The notes under the pieces: model-generated
The model's input: only the letters and a program-made list of their open reading frames with translations
Database searches by the model: none
Told to the model about the DNA's origin: nothing
Source of the DNA: Acidobacteriota bacterium
GTDB lineage: Bacteria; Acidobacteriota; UBA6911
Reading direction: 5' to 3'
NCBI GenBank assembly: GCA_963664705.1
Contig: OY761556.1
Span: 4,512,001 to 4,576,000, forward strand
DNA: 64,000 bases
Translations under genes and position numbers: made by a program
Part shown: in pieces, positions 40,689-51,003 of the stretch
Numbering within the stretch: position 1 is the stretch's first letter
Layout of the letters: every line of letters begins with the position of its first letter

Positions 40689-41513
40689 ATGAAATCGAGA
40701 GCAATTGTTTTTCTGATTACAACGGCTCTGTTATGGAGTTCGGGCGGCATCCTGATCAAGATGGTGCCATGGAACTCCATAGCCATTGCAGGCGCTCGCA
40801 GCGCTATTGCCGCTCTGGTCATTCTTGCATTCCGACGCAAGATGCACTTCAACTGGGGATTTGCCCAACTTGGCGGCACAGTCTGCTATTCGGGCACGGT
40901 CATCCTGTTTGTATCCGCGACCAAACTCACCACGGCCGCAAATGCCATTCTGCTTCAATACACGGCTCCAATCTATGTTGCCCTGCTCAGCTATTGGCTC
41001 CTGAAAGAACGGATCACCCGCTCCGACCTTTTCACCATCATCGCAGCGTTTGGAGGAATGCTTCTGTTCTTTCTGGATGATCTCTCCAAGGGAGGGCTTT
41101 GGGGCAACATCATCGCCATCCTGAGTGGCGTCGCCTTTGCAGGCACGGCCATCTTCCTTCGGATGCAGAAGGACCATTCTCCTCTTGAATCGGTTTTCCT
41201 GGGCAACATCCTCACATTTCTCATCGGTATCCCCTTTATGACCGGATCCCTGCCGAACGCAAAGGGCTGGCTGGGTCTGGTTTTACTAGGAGTATTCCAA
41301 CTCGGCTGCTCCTACATTCTTTATTCCGAGGCCATTAAGCACGTAACCGCCCTCGAGGGCATTTTGATCCCCATATTGGAACCCATACTCAATCCGATCT
41401 GGGTCTTTCTGATAATTGGAGAAGCCCCAGGCTTTTGGGCTATTATCGGAGGGGTTATCGTCTTGATTTCGGTCACTCTCAGATGTATGGCATCACTGAG
41501 GCAGGCTCGTTAG
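40689..41513 (+). CDS. DMT/EamA family transporter
   Basis: LWS.GG, ANAI.LQYT.P, LEP.LNPIW; 10 TMs. Confidence 0.9.
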   Translation: MKSRAIVFLITTALLWSSGGILIKMVPWNSIAIAGARSAIAALVILAFRRKMHFNWGFAQLGGTVCYSGTVILFVSATKLTTAANAILLQYTAPIYVALLSYWLLKERITRSDLFTIIAAFGGMLLFFLDDLSKGGLWGNIIAILSGVAFAGTAIFLRMQKDHSPLESVFLGNILTFLIGIPFMTGSLPNAKGWLGLVLLGVFQLGCSYILYSEAIKHVTALEGILIPILEPILNPIWVFLIIGEAPGFWAIIGGVIVLISVTLRCMASLRQAR

Positions 41514-41563
41514 CTGAACATCCGGGAATGCTCCCGGGCAAACTCTGCAGGAGTCGATAAACT

Positions 41564-42796
41564 ATGGATCTCAATCGCCGTGACCTACTCATAACCAGTG
41601 CCGGCCTGGCCGCAGGCTTGGCCGCAACATCCCAAGGATCCGCGCAGAACAATTCGCAACCGCCAATTCCCGGACCCGATGCCGCTCCCACGCCCGGTCT
41701 CGGAACCACGGATGTCGAAGCCTATCAGGCGTTAAAAAATGAGAAGACGATTAATGTCATCAACCTTCGCGATCTGGAAGCGGAGGCCAAAAAGATACTC
41801 CCTCCCTATAGCTTTGCCTATATCTCCGGCGGCGCCGGAGATGAATGGACCATGCGAAAGAATGAGGAAGCATTCAATCAGTGGATAATCGAACCGCGCT
41901 TCCTGGCCGGCATCAAGAAACCGGACACGACCACCACCATCCTGGGATCCACGCTGTCTCTCCCGGTGATTACCGCGCCCATGGGTGGTCAGGGACTCGC
42001 GCACGCCCTTAGGGAAATCCCCAATGTAAAGGGAACCAGCCATGCCGGAACCATATACGTCGACAGCTCCGTATCCAATGTGAGCCTGGAAGAGGTCGCA
42101 CAAGCCGCCTCAGGCCCCAAGTGGTTTCAGATTTACTTCCCGGCTAACCGGGAATACGCACGCGAGCTTCTTCACCGCGCAAAAGAATCGGACTACACCG
42201 CTATTGTCCTGACTGTCGACGGCACAACTTTCAGTAACCGCGAACGTACGGTTCGACTCGGCATTTCTCCGCCCAACCTGGGTCCGGGCAACGGAGTGCG
42301 AACTCCGGGAATTGACCCGCGCACCACATCCGAACACAAAATGGACCTCAACTGGAATGATGTAGCCTTCTGCCAGAAAGAAGCCGGACTCCCGGTGATT
42401 ATTAAAGGGATTCTCACGCCTTCCATGGCGTTGGAAGCGGTGCGGCAGGGCTGCGCAGGTATCTGGGTTTCCAATCACGGCGGACGTGCCATCGACAATA
42501 CTGCCCCGGCAATAGCAGCTCTCCCACGCATTGTCGAGGCGGTGGGCGGCAAAACGCTCATCATCATGGATGGAGGAATCCGTCGCGGCCAGGACGTTTT
42601 TCGAGCTCTCGCTCTCGGAGCAAACGTGACCGCACTGGGCAGACCTCTCCTGTATGGCATGGCACTGGGAGGCGCCCAGGGCATACAGGCAGTTTACGCT
42701 CGCCTCAAATCAGAGCTGCAAATGGTCATGCAGCTGGCTGGAACTGCCGGCATTAAGGAAATTACGCGCAATTTCGTGTCAAAATCGGGAATGTAG
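41564..42796 (+). CDS. FMN-dependent alpha-hydroxy acid oxidase with Tat signal peptide
   Basis: NRRDLL Tat motif; Y..GG.GDE.T, KWFQ.Y, LTVD, SNHGGR, DGGIRRG.D. Confidence 0.9.
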   Translation: MDLNRRDLLITSAGLAAGLAATSQGSAQNNSQPPIPGPDAAPTPGLGTTDVEAYQALKNEKTINVINLRDLEAEAKKILPPYSFAYISGGAGDEWTMRKNEEAFNQWIIEPRFLAGIKKPDTTTTILGSTLSLPVITAPMGGQGLAHALREIPNVKGTSHAGTIYVDSSVSNVSLEEVAQAASGPKWFQIYFPANREYARELLHRAKESDYTAIVLTVDGTTFSNRERTVRLGISPPNLGPGNGVRTPGIDPRTTSEHKMDLNWNDVAFCQKEAGLPVIIKGILTPSMALEAVRQGCAGIWVSNHGGRAIDNTAPAIAALPRIVEAVGGKTLIIMDGGIRRGQDVFRALALGANVTALGRPLLYGMALGGAQGIQAVYARLKSELQMVMQLAGTAGIKEITRNFVSKSGM

Positions 42797-42847
42797 GCAG
42801 TTTTTTGGCATATCAAACAGGCGTGATCTGTCGATAATGATGGGGAC

Positions 42848-43984
42848 ATGTTAGCCGAAAATATTCCAGCCGAAAAATCAAAACCGAATGCGTTTGAGCG
42901 ATTCAATAATGTCCTGAAAATGATGGTCGAAGAGTCGGCCAGCGATCTGCATATCTCCGTTGGAAGCGGTTTCCGCATCCGCGTCCGGGGATCGCTGATC
43001 CCTTCACCGGATTCCGCGCCGCTGACTCCCAGCGAGATTGCATCCATTGCCGGCGGAATTTTGCTCGCAGGACGCAAATGCACAAAGGAAAATCTGGTTC
43101 AGTTTGTCGAGGGCATTACCGATTATGACTGCTCCTACTCTGTCCCGGGACTTGGGCGTTATCGGGTGAATATCTGCAGCCAGAGGCGCTCCCTTGCCTT
43201 GGTTCTCAGGCATATCCCCTACGTGTTGCCCACGATCGAGAGCCTGAACCTGCCCCCTGTGATTGGAAACATCGCATTATCTGAACGCGGATTGGTGCTG
43301 GTCACCGGCATTACAGGCAGCGGCAAATCCACGACGCTCGCCTCCATGATCAACCTGATCAATCGAACACGGCACTGCAAGATAATAACCATTGAGGACC
43401 CGATCGAGTTTTTGTATCGCGACGACAAGTGCAGCATCGCGCAACGTGAATGCGGATCCGACACGGAGAACTTTGCCAAGGCGCTGCGAGCCGCCTTGCG
43501 ACAAGATCCGGACATTATTCTGGTCGGCGAGATGCGCGACAAGGAAACCATCGACATCGCCATCAAAGCGGCCGAAACCGGACACATGGTTTTATCCACG
43601 GTCCACACAACGGATGCCCCGCGGACGATTTCCCGAATTCTCAGCGTATTCGACCCCTCGGAACAGTCTGCCGCACGTTTACGGCTCAGCGAAACGCTTC
43701 TGGCCGTCGTCTCTCAGCGCCTGTTGCCGCGATCGGATGGCATGGGACGCGTCGTCGCCTGCGAAATCATGCGCCAGACCAAAACGATCCAGGAATGCAT
43801 CGCTGATCCCGGCAAGATATTCATGCTGAAGGAATATATCGAAAAGGGACGAGAGCACTATCAAATGCAGACCTTCGATCAGCACCTCAGCGACCTGTAT
43901 CGCCTGGGAACCATCAACCTGGAAACCGCCAAGTCCGCAGCAACCTCTGCCGCCGACTTCGAGCGCAACCTCACATTCCAGTAA
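42848..43984 (+). CDS. pilT: PilT/PilU family type IV pilus ATPase
   Basis: ASDLH, GLVLVTG.TGSGKSTT, TIEDPIE, LRQDPD, GEMRD, AAETGH, MQTFDQ. Confidence 0.88.
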   Translation: MLAENIPAEKSKPNAFERFNNVLKMMVEESASDLHISVGSGFRIRVRGSLIPSPDSAPLTPSEIASIAGGILLAGRKCTKENLVQFVEGITDYDCSYSVPGLGRYRVNICSQRRSLALVLRHIPYVLPTIESLNLPPVIGNIALSERGLVLVTGITGSGKSTTLASMINLINRTRHCKIITIEDPIEFLYRDDKCSIAQRECGSDTENFAKALRAALRQDPDIILVGEMRDKETIDIAIKAAETGHMVLSTVHTTDAPRTISRILSVFDPSEQSAARLRLSETLLAVVSQRLLPRSDGMGRVVACEIMRQTKTIQECIADPGKIFMLKEYIEKGREHYQMQTFDQHLSDLYRLGTINLETAKSAATSAADFERNLTFQ

Positions 43985-43993
43985 ATCACTTTC

Positions 43994-44024
43994 GCCCGGA
44001 TGCAACGCTCTGATGCGTCCGGGC
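43994..44024. terminator. Hairpin between convergent pilT and CoA-ligase genes
   Basis: GCCCGGATGCA...TGCGTCCGGGC. Confidence 0.45.
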
Positions 44025-44044
44025 AATTCCTGCCGCCGAAAATT

Positions 44045-45559
44045 TCAGGAGAGTGCCACACCGGTTTTGCCGTACATCTTTCTCACTTCTTTCCTGAGGA
44101 TTTTTCCCTGAGGGCTTTTGGGCAATTCTGGGACGAGGATATATTCCTTGGGTATTTTGAAGGACGACAGCTTTGTATCCAGGAAAGCCTTCAGTTCTTT
44201 CCTTTCGAGGTGCTGCCCTTTTCGCAGAATGAGAAACGCCACCACCTTCTCCCCCCATTCCCGGTCGGGCACACCGATCACGGCACAGTCTTCAATTTCC
44301 GCCCTGGTATAGAGAGCCTCCTCCACTTCGCGCGGATAAACATTCTCTCCGCCCGTGATAACCAGGTCTTTCAATCGATCAACGATATAAACAAAGCTCC
44401 TGGAATCGACAATACCGACATCTCCCGTACGCAGCCATCCATCGCCCCAGAAAGCCTGCCGTGTACCTTCCGGATTATGCAGGTATCCCTTCATCAGGCT
44501 TGTACCCCTGACGGAGATTTCTCCCTTCTCCCCTTGCGGAACCTGGCGTCCCTCGCCATCCCGTATTTGCAGTTCGACTCCAAATACAGCCTGTCCAACG
44601 GATCCAGAAACATGATGGTCCAGGTGAAAATGGTTATACGTAACCGGCATCATCTCGGTAAGGCCATAGCCATCCGCGATCGTGATTCCGGTAAGATCTT
44701 TCCACTGCTTGAGAATGCCGGCAGCCATCGGTGCTCCGCCTGAAAAGCAGTATCGAACTTTTTGAAATTTCCTGCCCACATCGGGAATATCGATCAGCCG
44801 TGTATATACCGTCGGCACGGCATAAAAGCGGGTAAGCCGGTCGTTATCGAGCAGCCACAGCACGCGATCCATATCGAATGCCGGCATGAGCTCGAGACAG
44901 CCCCCACTAAGCACCGTCGAATTCATGATATATATCTGCCCATACACATGATTGAAGGGCAGGAAACAAAGTGTGTAGTCCGAGTGTGCATATCGCTCAT
45001 ACAGAGTTGTGGACTGGGCGGAAAAGTCGATCCCCTCGTGGGTCAGCATTACGCCCTTGGGATCACCCGTTGTGCCCCCGGTATAAAGAACGGCAACCGG
45101 GTCTCTTCGCTCCCGTTCCACGGTCCTGAAAGCGGCATCTCCGGTTTTCATCACGGCCGCGAAATCCAGATCTCCATCCTCGCAGATGATCTTTTCCAGG
45201 CCGCCGGAGTCTTTGAAAGGCTGCAGCGTTCCAAGCCTGGATCCATCGGTGTAGATTATTCGCGGCTTTGCATGCGCAACCAGGTTGAAGACTTCCGCAT
45301 TTTTCAGAAGCCCTGAGAGCGTGACGGCAACAGCTCCCGTTTTGAGAACTCCAAAATAAAACGCCAGCCATTCAACAGAATTTGGGGCACAGAGTGCCAC
45401 CAGGTCTCCGGGAACAATCCCCAGTTTTACAAGAGTCGATGCTACCCTGTTGGCCATCTCATTGAGTACGCCATAGCTGGTTTCCCTGTCCGCTTCGCGG
45501 ACCGCAGGGTGATCGGGGAAAAATTGAGCCGATGATTCAAGATTATGTGCAAGATTCAT
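44045..45559 (-). CDS. Long-chain fatty acid-CoA ligase (AMP-binding)
   Basis: YTGGTTGDPKG, GYGLTE, TGD, DR.KD..I.GGENVYP.E, GKILR. Confidence 0.92.
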   Translation of the reverse strand: MNLAHNLESSAQFFPDHPAVREADRETSYGVLNEMANRVASTLVKLGIVPGDLVALCAPNSVEWLAFYFGVLKTGAVAVTLSGLLKNAEVFNLVAHAKPRIIYTDGSRLGTLQPFKDSGGLEKIICEDGDLDFAAVMKTGDAAFRTVERERRDPVAVLYTGGTTGDPKGVMLTHEGIDFSAQSTTLYERYAHSDYTLCFLPFNHVYGQIYIMNSTVLSGGCLELMPAFDMDRVLWLLDNDRLTRFYAVPTVYTRLIDIPDVGRKFQKVRYCFSGGAPMAAGILKQWKDLTGITIADGYGLTEMMPVTYNHFHLDHHVSGSVGQAVFGVELQIRDGEGRQVPQGEKGEISVRGTSLMKGYLHNPEGTRQAFWGDGWLRTGDVGIVDSRSFVYIVDRLKDLVITGGENVYPREVEEALYTRAEIEDCAVIGVPDREWGEKVVAFLILRKGQHLERKELKAFLDTKLSSFKIPKEYILVPELPKSPQGKILRKEVRKMYGKTGVALS

Positions 45560-45591
45560 AAAGGCAGCAGGCAATCAGGGTAGCGGGATAG

Positions 45592-45632
45592 GCGGAGAGC
45601 TCCCGACAATTTATTGTCGCGAGCCTCTCCGC
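45592..45632. terminator. Intergenic hairpin between the CaiB and CoA-ligase genes
   Basis: GCGGAGAG-CTC-CCGACAAT-TT-ATTGTCGC-GAG-C-CTCTCCGC imperfect stem. Confidence 0.45.
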
Positions 45633-45642
45633 ATTGGGAACT

Positions 45643-46854
45643 TTATTGAACAGCTCCTTCTTCGCGAAGTCGGGCCAAATCTTCCCTGGTGTAACCAAGT
45701 CCCCGGAGCACTTCATCCGTATGCTCGCCGAGCTTGGGCGCGCCGCGCCTCCAGGAGGCCGGAGTATCGCTCAAATCCCACGGAAATCCTATGGTTTTAG
45801 TGGGTCCGTATTCCGGATGCTCGATCTCAATCATATAGCGATTGGCCATGATTTGCGGATCATCAACTACCTCTATGATGTCTTGAACCGGAGTAAAAAT
45901 GCAGCCGTGCTCGCCAAGAATCTGCATCCATTCGTCTCTCGTTTTGCCGGCAAAGACTTCATCGAATATGGCTACCAGCTCCCGCCCATGCTCCGCCCGC
46001 GCTTTGATGCTGTTAAATCGTGCATCATCGATCAACGCCTCCAGGCCAAGAGCGCCGCAGACCTTCGGCCACCATCGGTCCGGATCCAGATGGGCAATGG
46101 CCAACCATTTATCATCCTTGCAACGGTAGTGACTGTATAGGGGATTCCCCGATGCGGCCCTCACAAAGCGCGGAAATACCTGCCGCAGCATTGCCGTCCC
46201 AGACATCAGATGACCCATCAGCGCAACCACGCTCCCCATCAGCGAGGTATCTACCACTTGCCCTTTCCCGGTTCTTTCCCGGGCAAACAGCGCCAGGGTT
46301 ACGCCCCAGGCAGACATCAGCCCGCCCATCTCATCTCCAAGTCCCGGAAGAATCATGCTTGGCGGTGTGCCATTCTCACCCGCAGCCATCATGAGCCCAG
46401 ATCGGGCAATGCCGGTATAGTCAAAGGAAAGGCTGTTGGCAATCGGGCCCTGGCGCCCCCATCCGGATGCATGCGCATACACGAGTCGCGGATTGCGGGC
46501 AAGCAGCTCATCCGGGCCAATACCCAGGCGCATGGGGGCTCCAATGCTCATGTTGTTCAGGAAAACATCAGCGGAATCGATGAGCTTGAGAAAGATCTCC
46601 ATGCCCTTTTCCTTTTTCATGTCCAGAACAATGCCTCTCTTGTTGCGATTGGCATGCTCGAAATAATAGTTGTATCCATGGACACGAAAATCGGCCTCGA
46701 TCGTTTTCATATGACGCCGGGCAGGATCGCCCTCCTTCGGTTCAATCTTGATAACATCGGCGCCAAGATCACCCAGCCTCATCCCGGCAACCGGGCCCTG
46801 CTGAAAAGTGGAAATTTCGATCACCTTGATCCCTGTTAGCGGCCCTTGCGACAT
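45643..46854 (-). CDS. CaiB/BaiF class III CoA-transferase
   Basis: GPL.GI.V, GP....LGD.GADVIKIE, NRNKR, GD..GG, AP.LGEHT. Confidence 0.93.
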   Translation of the reverse strand: MSQGPLTGIKVIEISTFQQGPVAGMRLGDLGADVIKIEPKEGDPARRHMKTIEADFRVHGYNYYFEHANRNKRGIVLDMKKEKGMEIFLKLIDSADVFLNNMSIGAPMRLGIGPDELLARNPRLVYAHASGWGRQGPIANSLSFDYTGIARSGLMMAAGENGTPPSMILPGLGDEMGGLMSAWGVTLALFARERTGKGQVVDTSLMGSVVALMGHLMSGTAMLRQVFPRFVRAASGNPLYSHYRCKDDKWLAIAHLDPDRWWPKVCGALGLEALIDDARFNSIKARAEHGRELVAIFDEVFAGKTRDEWMQILGEHGCIFTPVQDIIEVVDDPQIMANRYMIEIEHPEYGPTKTIGFPWDLSDTPASWRRGAPKLGEHTDEVLRGLGYTREDLARLREEGAVQ

Positions 46855-47063
46855 GTTCTTCCTCCTGAGGGACAATTCCATTTCTGGCTTAGGTGTTTGA
46901 GTTTAAACCTCAATGACCTGAGGCTCAAAAGAAAACCGGCGTTAATCTTGCACAAGGCACTTCGCAGCCCGACAACTTATCTCCTATAATGAGTCTCCAT
47001 GAGAAACATACGTCCGGAATTCATGCCTCGGCACAGAACGGGTCCCATGGCGGGCCATATTTT

Positions 47064-47693
47064 ATGATTTCGGGTTTCATCGCAGGCCTAATTCTGAGCT
47101 TCGTCGGATCCATGACGCCGACCGGCCCGATTGCGCTGCTTGTTCTGAAATACGGGATGCGCCGTCAGAACCGGAATGCTCTTTTCGTGGCAGCCGGAGC
47201 CGCTCTGGCCGAGTCAGGATATGCGCTGCTCGCATATCTTGGCATCACCTTCGCCTTGTCTCGCTACCGCCTCGAAGCCCCGCAGCTCCGCCTGATATCC
47301 GGCATCATCCTGGCTGCATTTGCTGCGGCCTGGATTATCAGAGGCCACGATTCCAAATCCAAAAGCAGAGATCGGGAATATGTGGGCCGGAGCTTTCTGC
47401 TGGGACTGAGTATTGCCGGGCTCAACCCGACTTTTCTGGTGACCTGGGCTGGTGCCGTTGCCATTGCACGAGGCGCCGGGCTGATTAACGGGTTTCAAGA
47501 CGCTCCCGCTTTTGCGGTCGGAGTGCTGGCGGGACCGATCTTGTGGTTCTCGATCCTCTTGATCGTGCTAACACATCCCGTTAAATCCATCAGTCCGGAA
47601 AGACTTGAAAAAATTGAACGGGCGCTGCCATACATACTGCTGGTATTGGCGGGGATCATGTTGGCTCAGACGCTGATCCCCATGTTCAAATAG
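47064..47693 (+). CDS. LysE family translocator
   Basis: P.GP, G.AL.E..Y, F..G.....NP; 6 TMs. Confidence 0.8.
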   Translation: MISGFIAGLILSFVGSMTPTGPIALLVLKYGMRRQNRNALFVAAGAALAESGYALLAYLGITFALSRYRLEAPQLRLISGIILAAFAAAWIIRGHDSKSKSRDREYVGRSFLLGLSIAGLNPTFLVTWAGAVAIARGAGLINGFQDAPAFAVGVLAGPILWFSILLIVLTHPVKSISPERLEKIERALPYILLVLAGIMLAQTLIPMFK

Positions 47694-47717
47694 CGGCCGT
47701 CAAAACTTCAAACCGCG

Positions 47718-48560
47718 CTACCACAGGTTCGCAGCCGCCGGAACCTTTCCCCGGTCCGTCAACCGAATCGCATCCTTCCGGCAAACCGCTCGGCAGATCC
47801 CGCATCCGTAACACTTCCTCGCATCTATCTCCGATTTCTTGCGGCCGGCGGAATAGCCGATAGCTCCGAACTGGCAGACGCGCATGCACTGCCGACATCC
47901 GTCGCATGCCTCTGCATTCATCTCGGCCACATACTCGGCCCGAAACATCGTCGCCGTGCCATGGGTCACCGTCATTTGCATAGCCAGGCAGTCGGGACGA
48001 TCACAATTGCAGATGCCGCCGATGAATGGCGTAAGGAAAGTCCAGACGCTGTGACAAAGCCCTTCCTTTTCATATTCCCTGAAATTTGCCAGAGCTTCCT
48101 CTTTCGTCAGCACCTCGTTCCCTTTGGAATCAGGCCCGCCCAGGAAGCCATGCGTCAGATCGCCAAACACATCCCCAAACTTTCCATCCGGTCCCAGGCT
48201 GATTCCGTAACAATAGCGCTTCTCTTCCCCTGTATTCATGCGTCGGCATAAACAGGATGTGCGGATAATCGAATTGACGAATCCGAAGATGCGTTCGACA
48301 TCTTCGATCGGTACGATCTGTCCGTAATGCAAATCTTTCATTGTACGAACAGTTCTTCTTTTGATCATGCGCTTCAGAATAGCCGGCGCTTTTTCGAGTT
48401 TTTCCATCTGCTCCTGGATATTCCCTGCAGCGGCTGATTTGTCCAGGAATTTGTGGAATGCCTTCTGCCGCTTCGTATCATTCAGCAGATCCATCCCGTA
48501 ATTTTTGGCTTCAAGATACCATTTCCGTCCTTCCCCATGTTCCAGGCAGAATTCACACAT
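47718..48560 (-). CDS. 4Fe-4S binding protein
   Basis: MCEFC..HG.G.KWY, C.CR, ICNC...C, two CxxCxxCxxxC motifs. Confidence 0.85.
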   Translation of the reverse strand: MCEFCLEHGEGRKWYLEAKNYGMDLLNDTKRQKAFHKFLDKSAAAGNIQEQMEKLEKAPAILKRMIKRRTVRTMKDLHYGQIVPIEDVERIFGFVNSIIRTSCLCRRMNTGEEKRYCYGISLGPDGKFGDVFGDLTHGFLGGPDSKGNEVLTKEEALANFREYEKEGLCHSVWTFLTPFIGGICNCDRPDCLAMQMTVTHGTATMFRAEYVAEMNAEACDGCRQCMRVCQFGAIGYSAGRKKSEIDARKCYGCGICRAVCRKDAIRLTDRGKVPAAANLW

Positions 48561-48741
48561 ATGGCAGTCTCCTTTGTCGCTAACCAAAGCCGGGCGATAG
48601 ATTGCAATATTGTATCAGAAAATGGGGGAGGTTCGGCTCATTAACCCTTTGTCATGCAGACCATAACAATTTCAACATCGGGTCAGACCTCGACACTGCA
48701 AAAACGGGGGACAAGCAGCCGGACATTCCAGATTGAGCCGG

Positions 48742-49089
48742 CTATTGATTGCCGATCTCGCCGGCACGATAGTCAATCACTCGAATCTTCTCCAATGTGA
48801 CCAGGCCTCCGGTCATAACCTGGTCAAGGAAGGGCAGGAATTCGTTGATCTTCTCCTCCGTATCCACGATTTCGATGACGATGGGCAGATCCAGTGAAAG
48901 CCGGAGAATCTTGTTCGTATGAAGACGGCTGGATTTGCCAAAACCCATCGGCCCGCGAAGCACGGTGGCGCCGGCCATGTGCATTTCACGAGCCTTCAGC
49001 ACGATGGCTTCATAAAGAGGTTGGTGTTTCCATCGATCGCTTTCGCCGATGAAGACGCGTAACAGCATTGCCTCGCTGGGAAGATGCAC
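48742..49089 (-). CDS. DUF190 domain protein
   Basis: LLR.FIGE.D, AGATV.RG..GFG, DLP..IEIVD; typical crcB neighbour. Confidence 0.92.
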   Translation of the reverse strand: MHLPSEAMLLRVFIGESDRWKHQPLYEAIVLKAREMHMAGATVLRGPMGFGKSSRLHTNKILRLSLDLPIVIEIVDTEEKINEFLPFLDQVMTGGLVTLEKIRVIDYRAGEIGNQ

Positions 49090-49090
49090 G

Positions 49091-49489
49091 TCAGACTCCT
49101 TTAGTTGGATTCACCCACTGCGCCAGGGCGTAACCGAGCCAAACGGAAATCATGCATAAAACAACGCTCAGAATCATATTGCCGCAGGCATACAGCCATT
49201 CCCTGTCCTGCAGCAGATTCAGCGTCTGCAGACTGAAGGATGAAAATGTTGTATACCCGCCGCAAAAGCCGATCATAAAAAGACTGCGAGCGGAAGGTCC
49301 CAGCAGCAAGCGTCCCTCCGGCGCACTCAGAGTGGCCAGGAAGCCTATCAGGAACGATCCTGTCACATTGATGAATAATGTGTTCCATGGGAAACTGTGG
49401 CCAACACGCTCGGCAATAACACCAGAAGCCCAATAGCGCATTATGCCTCCGGCCGCGCTTCCCAATGCAACCAACAGATAATTCAACAT
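49091..49489 (-). CDS. crcB: Fluoride efflux channel Fluc/CrcB
   Basis: G...RY, FPW.TL.IN..GSF, GFCGGYTTFSSF. Confidence 0.95.
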   Translation of the reverse strand: MLNYLLVALGSAAGGIMRYWASGVIAERVGHSFPWNTLFINVTGSFLIGFLATLSAPEGRLLLGPSARSLFMIGFCGGYTTFSSFSLQTLNLLQDREWLYACGNMILSVVLCMISVWLGYALAQWVNPTKGV

Positions 49490-49743
49490 GTTCAGCCCGC
49501 CTGCTTCAGGTTTAGCTTCCAGTATAAAACAATACCAGGAGTCTCAGCCATGGAGTTCGTCGGACGAAGAGGATACTGCGCAGCTTTTGTGCTTTCACCC
49601 GGGACGGAAGCCTGTCCAGGAGGCAGCGGATTTGGTGATAAGGATCACTGCATTTTGAAGTAGTTGGCATTTAACCTAAGACTCACTGAAAACATTGCCG
49701 CCGCATCCGATCATATAGGATAGATAATCGGCAGGGAGGAAAG

Positions 49744-50193
49744 ATGAAACGCACTGTAAAGAAAACCATTCCATGGATGCTGTGTCTGCTTCTGTCCGCT
49801 TCCATCGCATTTGCCAAAAATCATGGAAAGGGGAAGCATGAAGGCAGAGACGAAGAGGCCAAATCGGTTGGGGCCCACATTCAGGTTGATGTCTTCCTGG
49901 GAAGGCAGCGGGATATGATTCGGCAGCACTATATCGGAAATGAGGGGCACGAATCGCTTCCTCCCGGTTTGGCAAAGCGCGGAGGAGATTTACCTCCGGG
50001 GCTGCAAAAGCAGCTGCGGCGAAACGGACACCTCCCTCCGGGGCTGGAGAAAAAACTCCGTCCGTTTCCTGTCGATCTGGAACGTCGTCTGCCTCCACTC
50101 CGACCAGGCTTGATCCGTGGAATGATCGGAGGGAGCGCAATCATCATGGATAAAAAAACATCCGTGATTCTGGATATTTTTGCGGTTCTATAG
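49744..50193 (+). CDS. Secreted protein with three LPPGL repeats
   Basis: Signal peptide; LPPGLAKR, LPPGLQKQ, LPPGLEKK. Confidence 0.7.
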   Translation: MKRTVKKTIPWMLCLLLSASIAFAKNHGKGKHEGRDEEAKSVGAHIQVDVFLGRQRDMIRQHYIGNEGHESLPPGLAKRGGDLPPGLQKQLRRNGHLPPGLEKKLRPFPVDLERRLPPLRPGLIRGMIGGSAIIMDKKTSVILDIFAVL

Positions 50194-50210
50194 CGCGGAT
50201 TTCAGGTTTT

Positions 50211-50777
50211 ATGATGAGATGTAGCCCCACATTCGGGAGAAGCAGATTCATAGCATGGGTGCCCTTGATTCTGCTTCTCTATACCAATCCAGCCTTCAAC
50301 GCTCCAGCCGTAAAAAGCCGGACATCGAAAGCCCGACCTCGCATCAAAGCCGTCAGCACTATTACCGCAGAAATGCTGAGCGAACTACTGAAGGTCCATA
50401 ATTCCATCCGGTCCGGGGTAAACCTGCCGCCGCTTCAATGGTCCGCGGAACTGGCGGCCTTCTCTCAAAAGTGGGCAGATACTCTCATTTTGCGAAATGG
50501 CTCCGGCCATAACCCCAACACTCCATACGGAGAGAACATCTTTGTCACGGGGCCCGGATCCACTCCGGCCAGGGTTGTCCGGGAATGGGAATCCGAATCC
50601 CGTGACTACAGCTACCGCACCAATGCCTGCGCCAGTGATGATTGCGGACACTATACTCAGATTATATGGCGCAGCTCTCGAAGGGTAGGATGCGGCGTTG
50701 CACGCACCCCTCGGCGCGAAGTCTGGGTCTGCAGCTACGATCCCCCTGGCAACTACCGCAACGAGTGGCCTTATTAG
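50211..50777 (+). CDS. CAP/SCP (PR-1-like) domain protein
   Basis: HN..R, L.W...LA, GEN, GHYTQ..W, VGC, C.Y.PPGN. Confidence 0.9.
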   Translation: MMRCSPTFGRSRFIAWVPLILLLYTNPAFNAPAVKSRTSKARPRIKAVSTITAEMLSELLKVHNSIRSGVNLPPLQWSAELAAFSQKWADTLILRNGSGHNPNTPYGENIFVTGPGSTPARVVREWESESRDYSYRTNACASDDCGHYTQIIWRSSRRVGCGVARTPRREVWVCSYDPPGNYRNEWPY

Positions 50778-50800
50778 CCTATCGGAGTCCGGCGGGATTG

Positions 50801-50968
50801 CTATTTGTGTATTTCCTCTTCCTTTTCGGTATCTTTCAAAGCAGATTTGAAATTCCGTATCCCCTCTCCAAGCCCCTTGCCCAACTGTGGGATTTTGTTT
50901 ACTCCAAAGATAAGAACAACGATTGCCAGAATGACGAGCAATTCGCCCATACCCAATGATCCAAACAT
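50801..50968 (-). CDS. tatA: Twin-arginine translocase TatA/E subunit (55 aa)
   Basis: Not in the ORF track. [41 protein letters not shown]...; GGAGG RBS. Confidence 0.92.
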   Translation of the reverse strand: MFGSLGMGELLVILAIVVLIFGVNKIPQLGKGLGEGIRNFKSALKDTEKEEEIHK

Positions 50969-51003
50969 AAAACCTCCATCCCTTCGTTCAATGCCAGCGA
51001 AAG

